Origin: Azolla caroliniana
Taxonomy: Eukaryota; Plantae; Polypodiophyta
NCBI GenBank assembly: GCA_043228905.1
Contig: JBHGNT010000018.1
Coordinates: 5,270,001 to 5,334,000 of the forward strand
Direction: 5' to 3'
Length of the DNA stretch: 64,000 bases
Within the stretch, counting starts at the first letter, position 1. Every line of letters starts with the position of its first letter. This document shows positions 24,201-38,597 of this stretch, piece by piece. The translations under genes and the position numbers were made by a program. Below the pieces are notes generated by a model, which was not told the origin of the DNA, did not search any database, and saw only the letters and a program-made list of their open reading frames with translations.

Positions 24201-27200
24201 GCCGGGGGATCTGAAGGTTAAGCACTTCACGTCAAGGCCATGTTGTTGAACCATCACCCATGAGTTCCACGATCCTCCTCTGTTGTTGCCCTTTCTTTGA
24301 TGATTTCAAGTGCCTTAGGTGTGTGATTCTGTGAGGAGTCATGGCTTGGATTCAGACGGTACAGTTCATTATTTCCCATGTGGATGCAACCACTTAAGCT
24401 CAAATCGTGTCACGCAGAATAGTTGTGTTTCCACATATCATTTATGACAATATTATGACTAATGGATACTTTATTTGTCTCCCAAGTCAGGGTTGGACTC
24501 CTAGCACCCATTCAGCTCCCCTATGCATAAGAGCCAAGTAAACCATAGTATTGAATAGCCACATTTGGTTGGGATTTGGTACAATTGTGTTTCATGGCAT
24601 TGTTATTCTAGCATACATGGCCAACGTCACATATCCTCCAGAGAGTCAATCTTTGACAGCTAGGGTCATAGGAAAGCATCGTGTGGTGCTTGTAAATCTG
24701 ACTTTTAGGTAGACATAGGAATCTGCTACTTCAACCTGACCTCCTAGAGTGGGTGAATATAACTCGGCAAATTGATGAGGGTGAGTGAAAGATCATGGTC
24801 TTAATATTTCACAAGGTACACCTGCATATTATTCAGAGACCAAGATATGTCATCAGCGGAAAGAAGAATGTGGATGCCGGTACCTGATTTATGCTGATTC
24901 CCTCGCTGCCTCTGCATTTGATGCTGTCAGCAACATCATCGATTATAGTAGAAAGTTGAGGGTGGAATTCTTGTCAAGAGGTAGTCAGGTGAAACTCCTG
25001 CTGAGGGTTGTGGTATGGCGGATTGGTGAGGAATATCATAAAAGAAGTAGCTGCTTCTACCAAAGAGTATAGCATGTCTTTCCTCACTCGCTCTAAGGTG
25101 TATGCAAATCTTCTTAATTGTATGAATATTGTAATACTCTCAAACAAATTGTAACTCTTGCCATCTACCCACAGCTCTACACAGTGTCTTCAAGGGCCAT
25201 CTCTTGCACTATGCATAATGCTTGAGCATGTTTTTCCAAGTATTTTGTTTCTCTACAATAATCCCCAAACAATACAAGCTCAACTAGCTAGCTCATATGA
25301 TATCATGTGGAACTAAAGATGTTTTGTGGATCATCAATGATAGCATCATAGCTAGAAATATCTCCAGTTGCATTGCCGCCTAAGAAATCTAGGTGCTAAA
25401 TCATCTCTAGATTTATGAACCACATCACAGTTATGCTTACAAGGGAGATCCAACATAAAAAATGCATGGCTAAAATTTAAACTATTTAATTATCTCTATT
25501 TTGACTGTGAGAGTGGAGAGGACAAGTTTGATTCCTCACGTAACGAATGCTGATGTGTGTAAGATAGTGTTCACAATCACCCCAAGGTTCACCATAATGC
25601 CATGCCACATATAAGAATTGTTGAGGACATAGAGGGACCCACTACATGTAGGCATGTGACTGGTGTCATCAATATGTGTAGTCTGCCACAAAGGTACTAC
25701 AGCTCAGAGTGGTTGCAGTACAGAAAAGGAGGGCATGAACTTATATGGATGTAATTTACAAAGGCATCCTTATCATCTACGAAGACATCAGAGATACATT
25801 CACACCCTCTTCCATGACAATACCACCTTTGTACAGCTTATGAGAGTCTTCATAAGGTGCAGTTGGAACAATTAGATCTGCGTAGATACTGAGAGCTACA
25901 ACTACAGGTGCAGATATCAAGTACTACACAAACTAATTTAGCTCTCCAAATCTTTCAGCTACTACTCCACAGGTATTCTCAAATCCCTCTATGATACGCC
26001 TTGGCAATACAAAGCACGCTTAAGGTCTGTCTCTTTAGAAAGCCACAAAGACTGAAGCACAGATATTACAGCCAGATCCAGTCCATTGCTTGCTTACAGG
26101 ATCTCCCCCACAATACTTGTATGAAGCAGAGGGATGATCTCTCATTACTACACTCTTGATTTGCATGTTGTGTCATTGTACAGCATAGCTCTTTGATAGT
26201 GTTGGTCAGTACCTACAACATGGTAGCTTTTTCATTTACTCACTAAATTATTTTGTAGTTCATAGATCCAATCACAGAGCTCCGATGAGATACCATATTA
26301 TATCATGGTTGTGGCTGTTGTAGGCCTCATAGTCACTTTGGCCTCTTTACAGCATTAATAAGATTTTTCTTTCTTTATTCGTCTTTCTCTCTGAAACATT
26401 GTCACACTTATGGGTAGGCAGGTGTAGCTCTTGTCCTGATGCATCTTTGATCATGAGTCGGTTTTGCAAATCAGACGAAACCCATCCTCTAGAATGAGGA
26501 ATATGTTAGCCAGATTTTTCATAAATATGCATTTGCCAAATTCATCTTGAGCCAGCTTATGGGGCCAAATGATAGTTGTGAGCATTCTCGGAGGTCGAGA
26601 GCACAATCAGGTTTCGTGCTCTAGAGCCAAATCTGTATTCTTCTTTCCAGGGCATCCTTAATCATAAAATTGTGGTGGTAATGTCATCTAGTTTCTCTTG
26701 GCAGTGTGCCTGAAGATCTAGGGTGCTACATATATATAACGACTGTCCTCGGCAATTTTCCCTTTGCTTTATCTTTGGAGATCTGCAATCCATTTTAGTG
26801 TTGTGTGCCTCAAGCTTAGGATTGCCCATAAAAATTGAGATAATGGAGCACTCTATGACATTGGAATGATACCTTTAACTCACAGCACCTGATATGAGAG
26901 GTAATCATCAATGTCTTCTACAATTGTGGACCACATTTCTTGATTAGTGGTATTTTTGAGCTTCTGGACTAGTTTTTTTATCAATTGAACATCACCTTCC
27001 ACTACTATTTAGAAGGGTCTTTTGGCACACTGGTCTTCTGATATATGAATCATTACTTATTTCACGAAGCCCATTTTGGGGTTCAGTTACTGGTAAGAAT
27101 CCCAAGACCTGCAAACGGCTCCTACCTGTTACCAAAAGTTGATGATGATGCAACTCTTTGAGCATGGCCCTTGCCTAGTTTAGGAAATTCTAAGGAAAAT

Positions 27201-30200
27201 GAGGAGCCTTTCCAGAGTATAGATAACTTGCTCACACATTGATGTGGCTTTTCTTGAGCTGTGCGAGGTTGATAAGCTGCATCACTTTCATGGGATTTCT
27301 TCATAGGTTCTTGGATGGAATCATAATAGATGTTGAGGCTTGATATGAACATCTTTTGAATGTTCTACCATTTGCTGCAATATGAACTCATTTAAAGTGT
27401 TTAACTTTGGCACAGTAAACATGAAATCCTCACATCATATCGAGGCACCAATGAGAGTTAAACTAATGCAAGTTATGACAAGAAAAAGTTGCTAAAACTC
27501 AACAGCATCTTGAGGAAGCAAAGCCTGCCCAGGAATCTTCAGCATAGCCTCCAACACTTCATTTCAATCACCTATACTGTCTCCTTCCCCAAATGTAGTA
27601 GAGAATCTTTTAATTATGTTGTAATCACAGTTCTCGCCCACAAAAAAGGCTTTTCCAAATTGCTTGATATTATTGAAAGAACCAGCAATACAAGAATTAA
27701 CTGAGATAGAGTCGCCACTAAATCTGGCTTCAACAAGAGTCCCTATGGAGCATAAATAGTAGGCATTTTGACTTTACCAATACCAAGAGGATAAGAATTA
27801 CCATGATCTCTGAACAATCAAAACCCCCGATGTACTGCTGCTCAAAACCCTCCTTCATGGAGCATATTCTATGACATTGTGATTCTACCCATAGAAAATT
27901 TCATATAGTTGCAGCAGCGATAAGATTTGCAATGATCTGCGATCATACAAAACCACCTATGTCTCAGAGCTCAAGACCCATCTTTCATCGATCCAAAAGT
28001 GCAACGGTTTGAAGAGGTGTTTTTACCACATCTTTGCACATAAGCTTTCAATAACTTATGCACTCGAAACAAATCTACATCACTTAGCCTGCCAATATTC
28101 AAACTTAAGCCCGATTTGTTTAGAATTTCTCATTAACTCCACATGTAAGCCATTCACATTAAAGGCAAATCCAAACAAATATGGATGTTGTTTATGGCAT
28201 CCATGATTTGAAGGATACAAGAAAATCTTAATAGCAGTGTAGTATGAGAACACATGCGATGAAAGTGCTATAGATCATCACATGAACAAATAATAGCAGT
28301 GTAGTATGAGAAGCACTGCAAAAACATGTTCCTTCAGGGTTTAGGGTCAAAATCAGACATTTAGACATTTAGACTTTTACCTAATTCATCCTAGCCATAA
28401 CGCCTATGTCTCTAATACTGAAAACATACACAGAAAAGATAGCATAAGTAGGAAAGGGCACGCCAAATTATTGACGTGCACATGTCATCCAATTGATAGA
28501 AACCTCTTCATGGTATGTTGCTGAAAGGTTGCTAACGAGTGTTAGCAAAGGGTTAGTAATTGCATGGTCGGAAGTTGTGTTGGTAATTGCAAGGTTAGAT
28601 GTTGTAAACTGGCTGTGATCCTTCATATATTAAAATTAATATATTATATACTTGTACCTTTATAATATTAACTTTTCCATTTATTACACATAAAATATAT
28701 TATATATAAGCTTATTACAACATATAAATAATGTTTAGTATAATAATGTGTCCAAGCGATTTCAATATTCGGTCAAATTTATTTTCCCCAGGGATTGAAC
28801 CAGGGCCCTATGCAGACAGCTTTTGACAATTGCTTTACTATCAAGAGGGAGGTCAGAGAATAAGAGAAAAAGAAAGTGAAAAAGATTTCAACCCAATAAA
28901 CACTTTTGGTGAGCATTTCAAGTTTCATACATTAGTTTATGGCATTGAGCCTGCCTAAAAGGAAAATCTATTCTCATAAAAATAGTGTGCCTATTCCCAA
29001 TTTTGTGCCATTCAACTTATCATCCAACGTTTGAAACAAGGTATTAGGATCAAAATTAACCGAAGGAAATTCTAGTTTCATAAAAATAACGCGCATATTC
29101 CCAATTTATTGCCATTCAACTTATCTAATTACAATGTGTGAAATAAGTTAGGATCAAAATTAATCAACTCTGGAAACCATGTTGAATTCGAATTTTAAAA
29201 GATCAAAAATCAGCTTCTTCATTTCTCAATCTAAGCATGCAGCTGGGATCATGATTTTTTAATTTCAACTGTGGGAGCTTGAAGTTTGTGATTGATTGAT
29301 TTTTAAATTTACAGCCCCGAGAGGGTTGCTATAGCAAGTGATTCAGGAAGTTAGGTACAGCCTATGCAAACCGAGCTACCCTCATTTTTGAGAGTTAGGT
29401 ATAGCTCAATTCTCAATCTCTTTACTTGGGTTTGCATCAAACATTAGGCTTTGCATTTAACAATATTCTACCTATAGATTTGTACACTTTCACTCTCTTT
29501 ACAGAGTGCAATATTCATCACTGAGACTTGATTTCCAAGAGTAGAAGGCTCTTCAAGAGAGTGTTTAGGGTTTCAAAATGTGGCATAGTGGTCCTCAGGT
29601 TTCAACTTCACAGTAAAATCTCAGAGATAGTCTTTCAATACGTACTTGCATTCTCAATACCTAAGAGTATGTGTATGGACAAGTCATCTTGCACACATGT
29701 TTGTGAATAATGCACATGTGCAATATATGTATATGCACATGTGTGGTCATACGCATGCATGCATTTATATATACACGTTTCCCACATGCACATAAGTGTA
29801 TGACAGCAACACATTAGCAAGACAATATCCTAAGAACAGCAAAAGTTTACTCCATGACAAGTTCTAGAAAGGTCAAATAACTTAAAACTGTGATTTAAAT
29901 GGTTTACTAAGTCAATAATATTACTGGTAGGATTTGGGTTACTCAATGGTCACTGATCAAGATTATGAGATGTACAGATAAAGCCTTTATTTACATTTCA
30001 TCTTGGACTTGAATGAATTCAAACCACATAGCAACAAAATACCTTGTAAAAAAATGTAGTCATGTGCAAAAATATATATATTTCCTCAAAAGTATTTGTA
30101 CATGCATTGGAAGTATCAAATATCTGCCAATTCCTCCCAAGTATTTCAAACACTCGGTTGATTCTTTTGTCTTTTTGAGAATATTCAACATCCCAATTGT

Positions 30201-33200
30201 CCAGTTCATAAAGATGACTGGATCTCCATTAAACCAAAAGAGGGCTGCATAATTCAATGTTTAATAATACATCTGAATAGTAGGGCACTATGCTCCATTT
30301 TTGTAAATAATATTTGGTTATACTTGCTCATTCATAAAGTGATACAGTATGTGAACCTCCAATGGGTAGATCAAGCCCTTAAGGGAACCATTGGCAGGCT
30401 GTTGGGTCTATCATCAGATCTCTAAAAGAAAGGCTCTGAAATATAAAGTTGATAATTGAAAACACCTCAAAACAGAATTGGCATCTTCAAAACTAGCTCC
30501 CTTTGAAGTGGTGCATGTCTTCTGTCACATTGAGTACCCATGCTTGAAGTGTGGACAGTTGTCATGTCAAACAAACATTCCTTCAATTATGAATAACATG
30601 CGACACTCTTGACAAAGTTAGGCTTCCAAATAAGCACGGTTTGATAATTGAAACAAAACAAATCAAAACAGGCAAGGCTTCTTCAAGTCTCCAATTCTCT
30701 CTGAAGCAAAATTTACATATTGCATATTTTGGCACATTGAATATATGTGCTTAAGACTATGGGTCTTTGGAACAAAAAACTATGTGTTAATGCTTCAATT
30801 AATGATTCCCGTGACACTCGCTTGACAACCCTGTGGATACATTCAAACCCTAGTAATGTTCAAGTCTCCTGCATGAAAACATTTTGGTTATTGAAGATTT
30901 CTAGTCATAAACCTCCTTCAAACGCTTAATTCACTAGAAATTAAGCAAAATAGTAAAACAAAAAAGAAACCACAGAAAGTTGTGGATATAGCACCCCTAG
31001 ACACCTCAAAAGATAATAGCATTGCTGCGAGGTGGGATAAACAAGAGATCACCCACTTAAATAGTAATGTTGGATTCAAATATGACATGATGTCAATATC
31101 ATAACTTAAGAAAGATACCTAATCCGAACCTAACATTTCTCAATAAAATCAAAAACATTATCCCTAAAGGCTGTCATGCTTCATGAAGCAATCTCTTCTT
31201 TTGAGTTAAAACTTAAAAAAGGAAGCTTAACACATGCCATACCAAAGTATTAATTATTTGGTCAATAATATATAACTAACATTGACATTAGTATAGTTGA
31301 GCCTCCTACAGGGGTAGGTTACTCTCTACCCTGGCTGAGCAGGTCTGAATGCATGCTAGGAGAAGGATAAAAACGAATCAATTCCAAGCCAAAGGAAAAA
31401 CTGGAACCCTATCCACTGTCGGCACAAATATGTATCATGTGGAGAACTCCACGTACCAATAATGGGGTTGGGTAAAAAATCAAGCATATCTAACTTTACT
31501 ACCATCTAGCATGAAAGCCTACCCTCCCAGCACTACATTCATATACCCACTGTGAGAAGGTGACTGGAAGGAAGCCTACCATGGCAGCAATGACTTCACT
31601 ATAAGTCGAACTTCTGTGATGAAGCCTAAGAAATAATATAGATGTGAAAAATCATAAAAGAAAAATATTAGTCAAAAGCAAAGAAAGAAAGCTTTCAACA
31701 TTTGACCAAAGGAAAATAAATCGCATATTTGCCAACTACTGAAAAATAGAAACAAAAGCCTATTTACATAGCAATACCTTCAACACTCAATCTTTACATG
31801 GAACCAAAAAGATATTTCTATTGTCAGATAATTCAACAGTTAAGATCTATTCTCCAAACTAACATCATAATTACGTTTGTATCAGTAATTATAACCTCCA
31901 TAAAAACTCCGATGGAGACAGCTTTTGTGGTGGTTGATGTATATCATATTACGAATGTTGTAATACCACTTCATCAGAGGTTTCGTTTATTGTCAATTTT
32001 CAATTTTCAAGCAAATTGTTCAGTTCATTTGTTTCATCAAGACATGCACTGCATGTAATCTCCATTACAGTCACATGGAGGTTTCCAAGTCAGTTCTGGG
32101 TTTCCATTTGGTTTATGCATAGATAAAACGAAAGAATGTGATGTAAGGTGGGGGGCTTTGTCCAACCACAGGAACTTTAATCCCCTTGCTTTCCATATAT
32201 CACTTGATGTCAAAAAATTCAAGCACAACAGATCACTTTCATGAGTCTTAGAGTATGGGTTGTATCATCCAAACAGTATATCAAGTTCATATCCAAAGTT
32301 TGAAAATCAAGTTCATACTACCAATGCGCATTGAGAAGGAGAAAATATAGAGTGTGTCTAAACTGGAGTCATCATCAACCCACATAGAATGAACATCCAT
32401 CTCTCTCATCCTCTCCCTCTCCTGATTTAAATCAAGCCATAATTTGACAAAAATGAAAAAGAAATAGAAGCCTCAGAGCTTAGTCCATACTTTCTCATAA
32501 ATAAACCACAAAAAGAAAAGAAGCAATAATGTTTTCTTATTTGATAACTTTTCAGACTTTGCATAAAGCTGGACGTAGAAGAGTTCCGTATATTCATAGA
32601 AAGATTTATCTGAATCTCCTGCTCGGTGGGTTTTTTTTACTATTTTCACCATTACCTTCTACATGTCTAAGGCATATTCTTTTTCCTTGCATGTTCGGTT
32701 CACTTATAAATACAGGAAATTAGAGAGGAGAATATTATCAAGATACAAGTTTTCGTTCCAGATATATTTTCTAGTAAACTAGATGCAGAGAAGTAGAAAG
32801 GACATTATTATCGAAGTGAAAGTTTTTCTTACAGATAAGACTTTCGTGTGAGCAGGAGAAGTAGAAATGATAGGAATACCAAGTGAAAGAGACCATTTTC
32901 CTTACAGGTGAGCTTCTTTTGCAATTAACACAAGCAAAAATAGAAAGCGGCAGGCTTTCAGAGGAGAATCGATGTTGTTTCTTACAGAAACGTTTCACTG
33001 ATTGTAAGAGGCATTTTTAATTAGGTGAAAGAGACATTAAACCGATTGTGGATTAAACCGGGAAAATTTGATCAAGGTTAACACGGATGCTTTTTTCTTA
33101 CAGCAAACCTCCTCTTGAGAACTAAAATGGGAAAACTTCAAAGGATCTTGATTTTACAAAAGGTGAAATGGAGTAAATAAATTCCCTTGCACATAAGCTT

Positions 33201-33450
33201 CTCTGATTTTAAATTAAAACTAGGACGGATAGGCTTATCGACACAAGCTGATAAATTTCTATTATTGTGAGGCTGCAAAAGAAAAAACAATGAGAGAAAT
33301 TCAACGGGTTTATGACTTACCGAGATGAAAGAGATGACCACATTTGAGCCTCGCAACCGATCTTTCTCCTTTGATTTCTACAGGCTCCAGGCAAATCGAA
33401 CACGAAACACCACCAGGGGAGGGAGAAGGCCTGGAAACTTCCATATCCAT
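21252..33450 (-). CDS. RING-H2 E3 ubiquitin ligase, RFI2/IPI1-like (~347-357 aa, 6 exons, 10.1-kb intron 1)
   Basis: Exons 33450-33321 (MDMEVS...CSICLEPVEIKGERSVARLKCGHLFHL), 23211-23033 (DCIGSAFNAKGAMQCPNCRQVEGGQWLY...), 22234(or 22237)-22182, 22089-22070, 21984-21786, 21714(or 21741)-21252. All GT-AG and phase-compatible. The RING sequence GHxFHLDCIGSAFNAKGxMQCPNCR is characteristic of the RFI2/IPI1 family. The 3' exons are less certain. Confidence 0.85.
22688..22815. repeat. 45-bp tandem repeat x3 in RING gene intron 2
   Basis: ATCCATAC(A/T)CAA.ATA.CAGAA(A)GCATATGTAA..TTAAC at 22688, 22733 and 22778. Confidence 0.85.
25150..28420 (-). mobile_element. Heavily degenerate Ty1/copia retrotransposon inside RING gene intron 1
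   Basis: Scattered minus-strand motifs in copia order: PBS-like CTCTAATAC near 28410, gag MKEG and EIMVILILL near 27790-27860, integrase IDDY near 26905, RNase H TKHL*FH near 25310-25330. No open frame; boundaries are approximate. Confidence 0.5.
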
Positions 33451-33633
33451 TTCTCGTTGTTTCCCTTTACCTCCTGTACACATTTCCGACTTTCTTCTCC
33501 TCTGCTGTAGGAGAGACAGAGAGACACAGAAGAAGAAGAAGAAGAAGATGGCGATCCTCCTTGATTATGTTGCTCTGAACTCTGCCGTTTTCGAGCTATG
33601 GGGAGGGAAGACGAAGCTTTCGTGCAGAGACAA

Positions 33634-33642
33634 TTAGGGTTT
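33634..33642 (-). promoter_or_regulatory. Telo-box AAACCCTAA upstream of the RING gene ATG
   Basis: TTAGGGTTT on the plus strand, ~190 bp upstream of ATG 33450 and beside CT/CTT-rich 5'UTR-type sequence. Confidence 0.4.
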
Positions 33643-33899
33643 GCTTCCGATCGCACTTCTCCTTCCGCAAAGCGTGAGAGACAGAGAGATTTGACGGGAT
33701 CTTTCTTCTCTGTACATACATACATACATACATATATGATTATATGAATATCTATACATTTATTATTTATTTACTTGTTTTTTGTTTATTTAAGCATTAT
33801 CTGTTCGTTTATCTAGGATATTTATTTATGCATTTCTATTTATTTGTTTTCATACTATACTTTGTTCGTCCAAAATTCAAAGATTGATTTTTTTTTTTT

Positions 33900-33902
33900 A
33901 AT

Positions 33903-33937
<35 letters not shown>

Positions 33938-33940
33938 TTT
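33900..33940. repeat. (TTTA)n microsatellite in a T-rich tract
   Basis: Direct read. Confidence 0.9.
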
Positions 33941-34859
33941 GTTTGTTCTTTTTAGTTTATTCTATTTAACTCTTTTTTTGTTCTTTTTTTTTCTATTTTA
34001 TTTTATGCATTTGTTTGTTTGTTAAAAATTTATTGACTATTTAATTATTTATTTTTATTGAAATTCACTTGGGAAATCCCAAGCAAATGTGTCCACTTGT
34101 GTTTCAAATCCGACTCGGAAGAATCATAGAGTACTCGTAAGAGATCGTTGTGCGGGGCACACGTGCAGCCATTACCTTCTATCATTGGCTCTTCAACTGT
34201 TTACAGGCTTTTCATTCACCGACACTCACGTCCAGACATTGCGCCTCCGGAGGGAAGATAAAAGACGGCTCCATCCAATGCCTGCACCAAATTTTACTAC
34301 TAAGATGGAAACTCTACATCGATGTAACATCAACTCTAAACTCGTCCATGAGAAGAAAGAAATAAAATCTAGGACTTTTTACTCGACAGCTTGGGGCTCA
34401 TGAAAAAGCAAAATCAGACAATGCCATGTATTCTTGAACCCAAAAAATCACAATTCCCAATGGTTGTACTTGGGCCTTTGTTATTGGGTTCCTTTTTATT
34501 CAAGCTGAGCATTGAATCACCCTTAAGTAATTTGCTCATTTTTGCATTCTCACCATTACGTTGCATTTGGTCTTGTCCAAAAGGCAATGTTGCGTGTGTG
34601 TAGCTTTTTTCCATGAAAATCGAAATTTCTATTTTTCTTGTTGATGTAATGACTTTGATCATTTATAGAAAATCCGTCTCTCCTCTCCTACGTGATGATC
34701 ATCTCAAATTTATAGACGCGTTCCTTTTTCTTTGACTTCTATCTTTTATTGATGGGAAATCATCATAAATATGCTTGCAATGATACGTTATTGAAAGTTA
34801 TGAACAAATGTCATTATGATTCAAGCTATGTCCTTATAGGTACTAAGTAATCATAGTAA

Positions 34860-36100
34860 ACCACAAATTGAAGAAATTAGTCTAGGTAAAGTAGTGTACC
34901 TTAGCTTTCTCCAAGCATCAACCTCAATCTATTTGTACACAAATGTTTCTCCTAGCCACGATGTGCACTCTCAATTGCAACATTCACCTTAATATTTCTT
35001 CAACTTTGAGTTTCACTCACTAGCTTTAGACACAATGTATGAAATTTTTCACTTTGTCCTAAAGTGATTCATAGTTGCCATCCTAACATAATTTGCTCGC
35101 TTGTATGGTATCAATATGGGTGGGTAGCAACTCTATGGATGACGCCTACAATGTGTCAAACAAAGATTCAAAAGGGATTGAATATGTCAATAAGTGTTAG
35201 CTTATGAAGTTTCCAAACATATATGTGCCCTGCAAAATTGAAGCTTGATCACTTCCCATTAAGACCACAAGCATGAAGGACGATGTTGATTACATGCTTG
35301 AGGTTCAAAATAAAATCTCCACATCAACATTTGAGATTTTCATGGGGAGCATTTCAAAAGACACAAAAGCAAAATGTTTAGTTCGAGATAGATGCAATAC
35401 GTGAAAAACAAATTGGAAAAATAGGATGCATTGCATTACTCTTGGTTCAATCGATTGTTTGGTAATTGCTTTCTTTTTTCCAACACCAATGAATCACATA
35501 TTACAATAGATGTGAAGGCTCGCATCACCCATCTATACATGCTATGATATAGCCACTTTGTTTGTGGTTTGCATTGTTGTTATAAAATTTAATTTGTATT
35601 CTCTTGAATGTGAGATGAGGATTGGGTACATTAATAAGGAGACTCGTTAATCTCATTGACTATGCGTATTTTTCATTAACAAGGTTGTGAATCTATGCAT
35701 CATACCCTATTATAATGATTCATATTTTAACCTACAAAATTTCCAACTTATTTTCACTGCAATGTCAACCAAGACCTATCCCTACATGAAAACATAGCCA
35801 CAAATCAACTCAACTAATACCATGTAAAGCAACTTATTTTCATTGATGGGAAGTATCTCACTCTTAATGTGGTTGATCATGTACAAAGATAAGTGAAACA
35901 TCAATGGCTTGGTCAACCTTTACCCAACCAACAACCTAATGTTGTGTAAACGCATCAAACAACATTTATTCACTTTATCGAAAAGCAACAAGCAACAAAT
36001 AATTGTGGATTTCCCATCTAGCTCAAGAGACAAGTTCATAGTCAAGCAATCGCCCAAGTTGCATGCATACTTCTTGGTTCATAAATAAGGAGCTCCAACT
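34860..36100 (-). mobile_element. Possible decayed Mutator-like transposase relic
   Basis: Minus-strand KVNVAIESAH near 34962-34991 resembles the TNxAIESxH region of MULE transposases. Otherwise full of stops. Confidence 0.25.
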
Positions 36101-36479
36101 TATTTGAGGTGTCAATCAAGTAAACAAGCACAATCGACAACCCATGTCCTCCTGGTTATTGCAGAGAACAAGGCGAGGTGCCCATAGGAACGAAATGAAG
36201 CGATGAGAGGTACTATCCCTCTCAATGCATGGAGTGAGATAGAAATTCAAAGGATGTTTTCAAGGATAAAATTGGTAGTTAGATCCACCATCTTCTACCA
36301 AGTTATCCTCTTGGAAACACGTGTTCTATCCATAAAGATATCAACATTTCATAGAGAATATAGATATGTATGTTACAAAAGTCAAGGACATACCACACCA
36401 TAGGTTATCATGTACTACTTGGAATGGTGTAAGTACAAAAGAATTACAAGAGCAATTTTCTCTCATTTTGTTGGGTAGT

Positions 36480-36790
36480 TGACATCAATAAATGACTCAA
36501 ACGATGATGCAAAAGTTCTCTTAGAGCTTTCAAGTGATGTTATGCAATATGTAGTTATTGAGGAAAGGTTAATTGAACCACAAAGGAAAAAGTGGGAATA
36601 TGCCAAAAGGACAAAATTAGAATATTACATTGCAAACCTAAATGTTGAGTTCAATATAAGGCAACAATGTCAATCAATTGCATTCAACCATATCTCATTA
36701 CAAACATGAGTATTAATTATCATAGTGACCTTAAACCTTCGTATTCGATCACATAAGCTAGGTATTGAAGTCCGATGGGCTAGGCCCTAT
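36480..36790 (+). mobile_element. LINE (RTE-like) 3' relic, homologous to 18240-18830
   Basis: Peptides RLIEPQRKKWEYAKRTKLEYYIANLN and LRIRSHKLGIEV. Nucleotide match to the reverse complement of 18355-18580. Confidence 0.6.
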
Positions 36791-37595
36791 CCCATAAATC
36801 ACAATCAGTCTCCTGTAGACATTAAAAATATATTTACCTCTCTCTCCTCCCCTAAAAGTAGTGCATATTGTAACAAAACAACATGACGACATAAATGACA
36901 CTTGTTGTCCTTACAACAATAAATGAGTTCTTATGCTAAGGTGCCTATAGACCTCAATTGTGAAACAAAACAATATTCCTTTTAACCTAGGTACCTATTA
37001 TTGCACATTGTGGAGACCATCTAATAAGAACCCATTTCTCATAATCCAATTATAGCATAGATCTCGATACTCATAATTGCCAAATGCCTATCTTGTACGA
37101 TGACGAGGGCAAAGCTCTAGTTCCCTGACTGGAACCCCATTAAAAAGGCGATAAAAGTTCCCAATTAACGATCCCAACTATAGTTGTGGAATAACAACCC
37201 AAATGGCTTTAATGATTAAGAGTGTAAGATATATTTCTCAACATTCTTCTTCATTGATGTATAAAAGAATATGTCCAATTGAAATAGACACAAATAGAGC
37301 ATGCACTTTCTCGTGGAATGGAATATGAGGTTTTCATCTTGCGTCCAACACTCAAAGACACCACCATATACATCGGGCAATGTGTCACGTAAGAGATACC
37401 TTCACCCTAACCAAGCTCTAACTTCGGCCAACTTATGATGGACACATTTTATGTCATGACTCATAAGTATCAATTTTTTGAAATCAAATACCCAAATTTA
37501 TCATCGTTCATCTACTATCTATTCCAGAATAAGGGCCACAGGAATAGGCAAAGTAGATAATTATGATTGCCAAATATGGTCTTGAAGGCCATGAT

Positions 37596-38102
37596 TGTTA
37601 GGATCATGACCGGCCACAACCGGTTTCACTCTCGATGTTTGGGTGCAAAGAATCAAGATAGATAGTGCACAGACAGAAAAAACGAGACACGGATATTTAA
37701 TGTGGAAAACCCGAAAGGGAAAAAACATGGTAGTCCTCGAACTCTGAACTAGATCACTATAAGGGAAGGAGTACAATGAGAAGCTCCAAGGCAACAACTT
37801 TAAGCTCTCCTTCGTCAAACTGACGGTTGTACAGTTACTCGCTAACTCTCACTCTCTCTCACGGTTACAGAGGCAACTACCTTCTATGTTACTACTTACA
37901 ACTATATTGATTCACAAAAAATATATTTCTATCTAACTACTTGCCCTAAGTGTATATATACACATACAACATTTATGGCTATTTACAAATGTGGCCTCTG
38001 AATCGGCCATTAAATCGATTTTGGTCGAGGCTAATACCCATTGGTTTTATCCGATTTGGCTTGTCCTCTTCTTCGCATCCGCGGGGACCTGTTTTCCCAA
38101 CA
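37596..38102 (-). mobile_element. Solo LTR, 507 bp (probably copia-type)
   Basis: TGTTAGGA...TCCCAACA termini. Perfect 5-bp TSD ATGAT (37591-37595, 38103-38107). TATATATA box near 37953. Contains the TTAATGTGGAAAACCC motif common in plant copia LTRs. Confidence 0.85.
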
Positions 38103-38597
38103 ATGATTTGCCTATATGCCATTGAAATAACTTTTTGTTTATTTCTAACTAAGCCAATGTTTGCCATACCATTGAGTTTAGAATACAAAATTTCTTTTCC
38201 ATTCTAGTGCAATAGTGATGCCACAAGTATGCTTGTTCATTGAGAAATATTATATTGTCTACATTTAAATAGTCACCACCTGACTAGTCTAAATCTTCAT
38301 TGCTAAGAGAGCATCAAGTGTAGAGCCATAATAGAGTAGTGGCCATTTAAAAGATTGAGCAATATTGATAATATGGCACCATGAATCTTCAATTCCCAAC
38401 TTCCCATCGTAGATGCCAACTTGTATGACAAACTAACATGTGATTATTAATGCGTGTGAGTAAAAACATTAGTATGTTTGTTGCAATATAGTTGCATTTC
38501 TTATTTAATTCTTTGTCTATTTGTCATTGTGTAGCTTCTACGTACTTGCACTGGACTAGAACACATATATTAATCGATGGCGTTATGCCTCTTGTCC

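Noticed and set aside
33378-33725. 115-aa minus-strand ORF over the RING gene start
   Set aside because: Wrong frame. The RING motif CSICLE...CGHLFHL is in another frame starting at ATG 33450.
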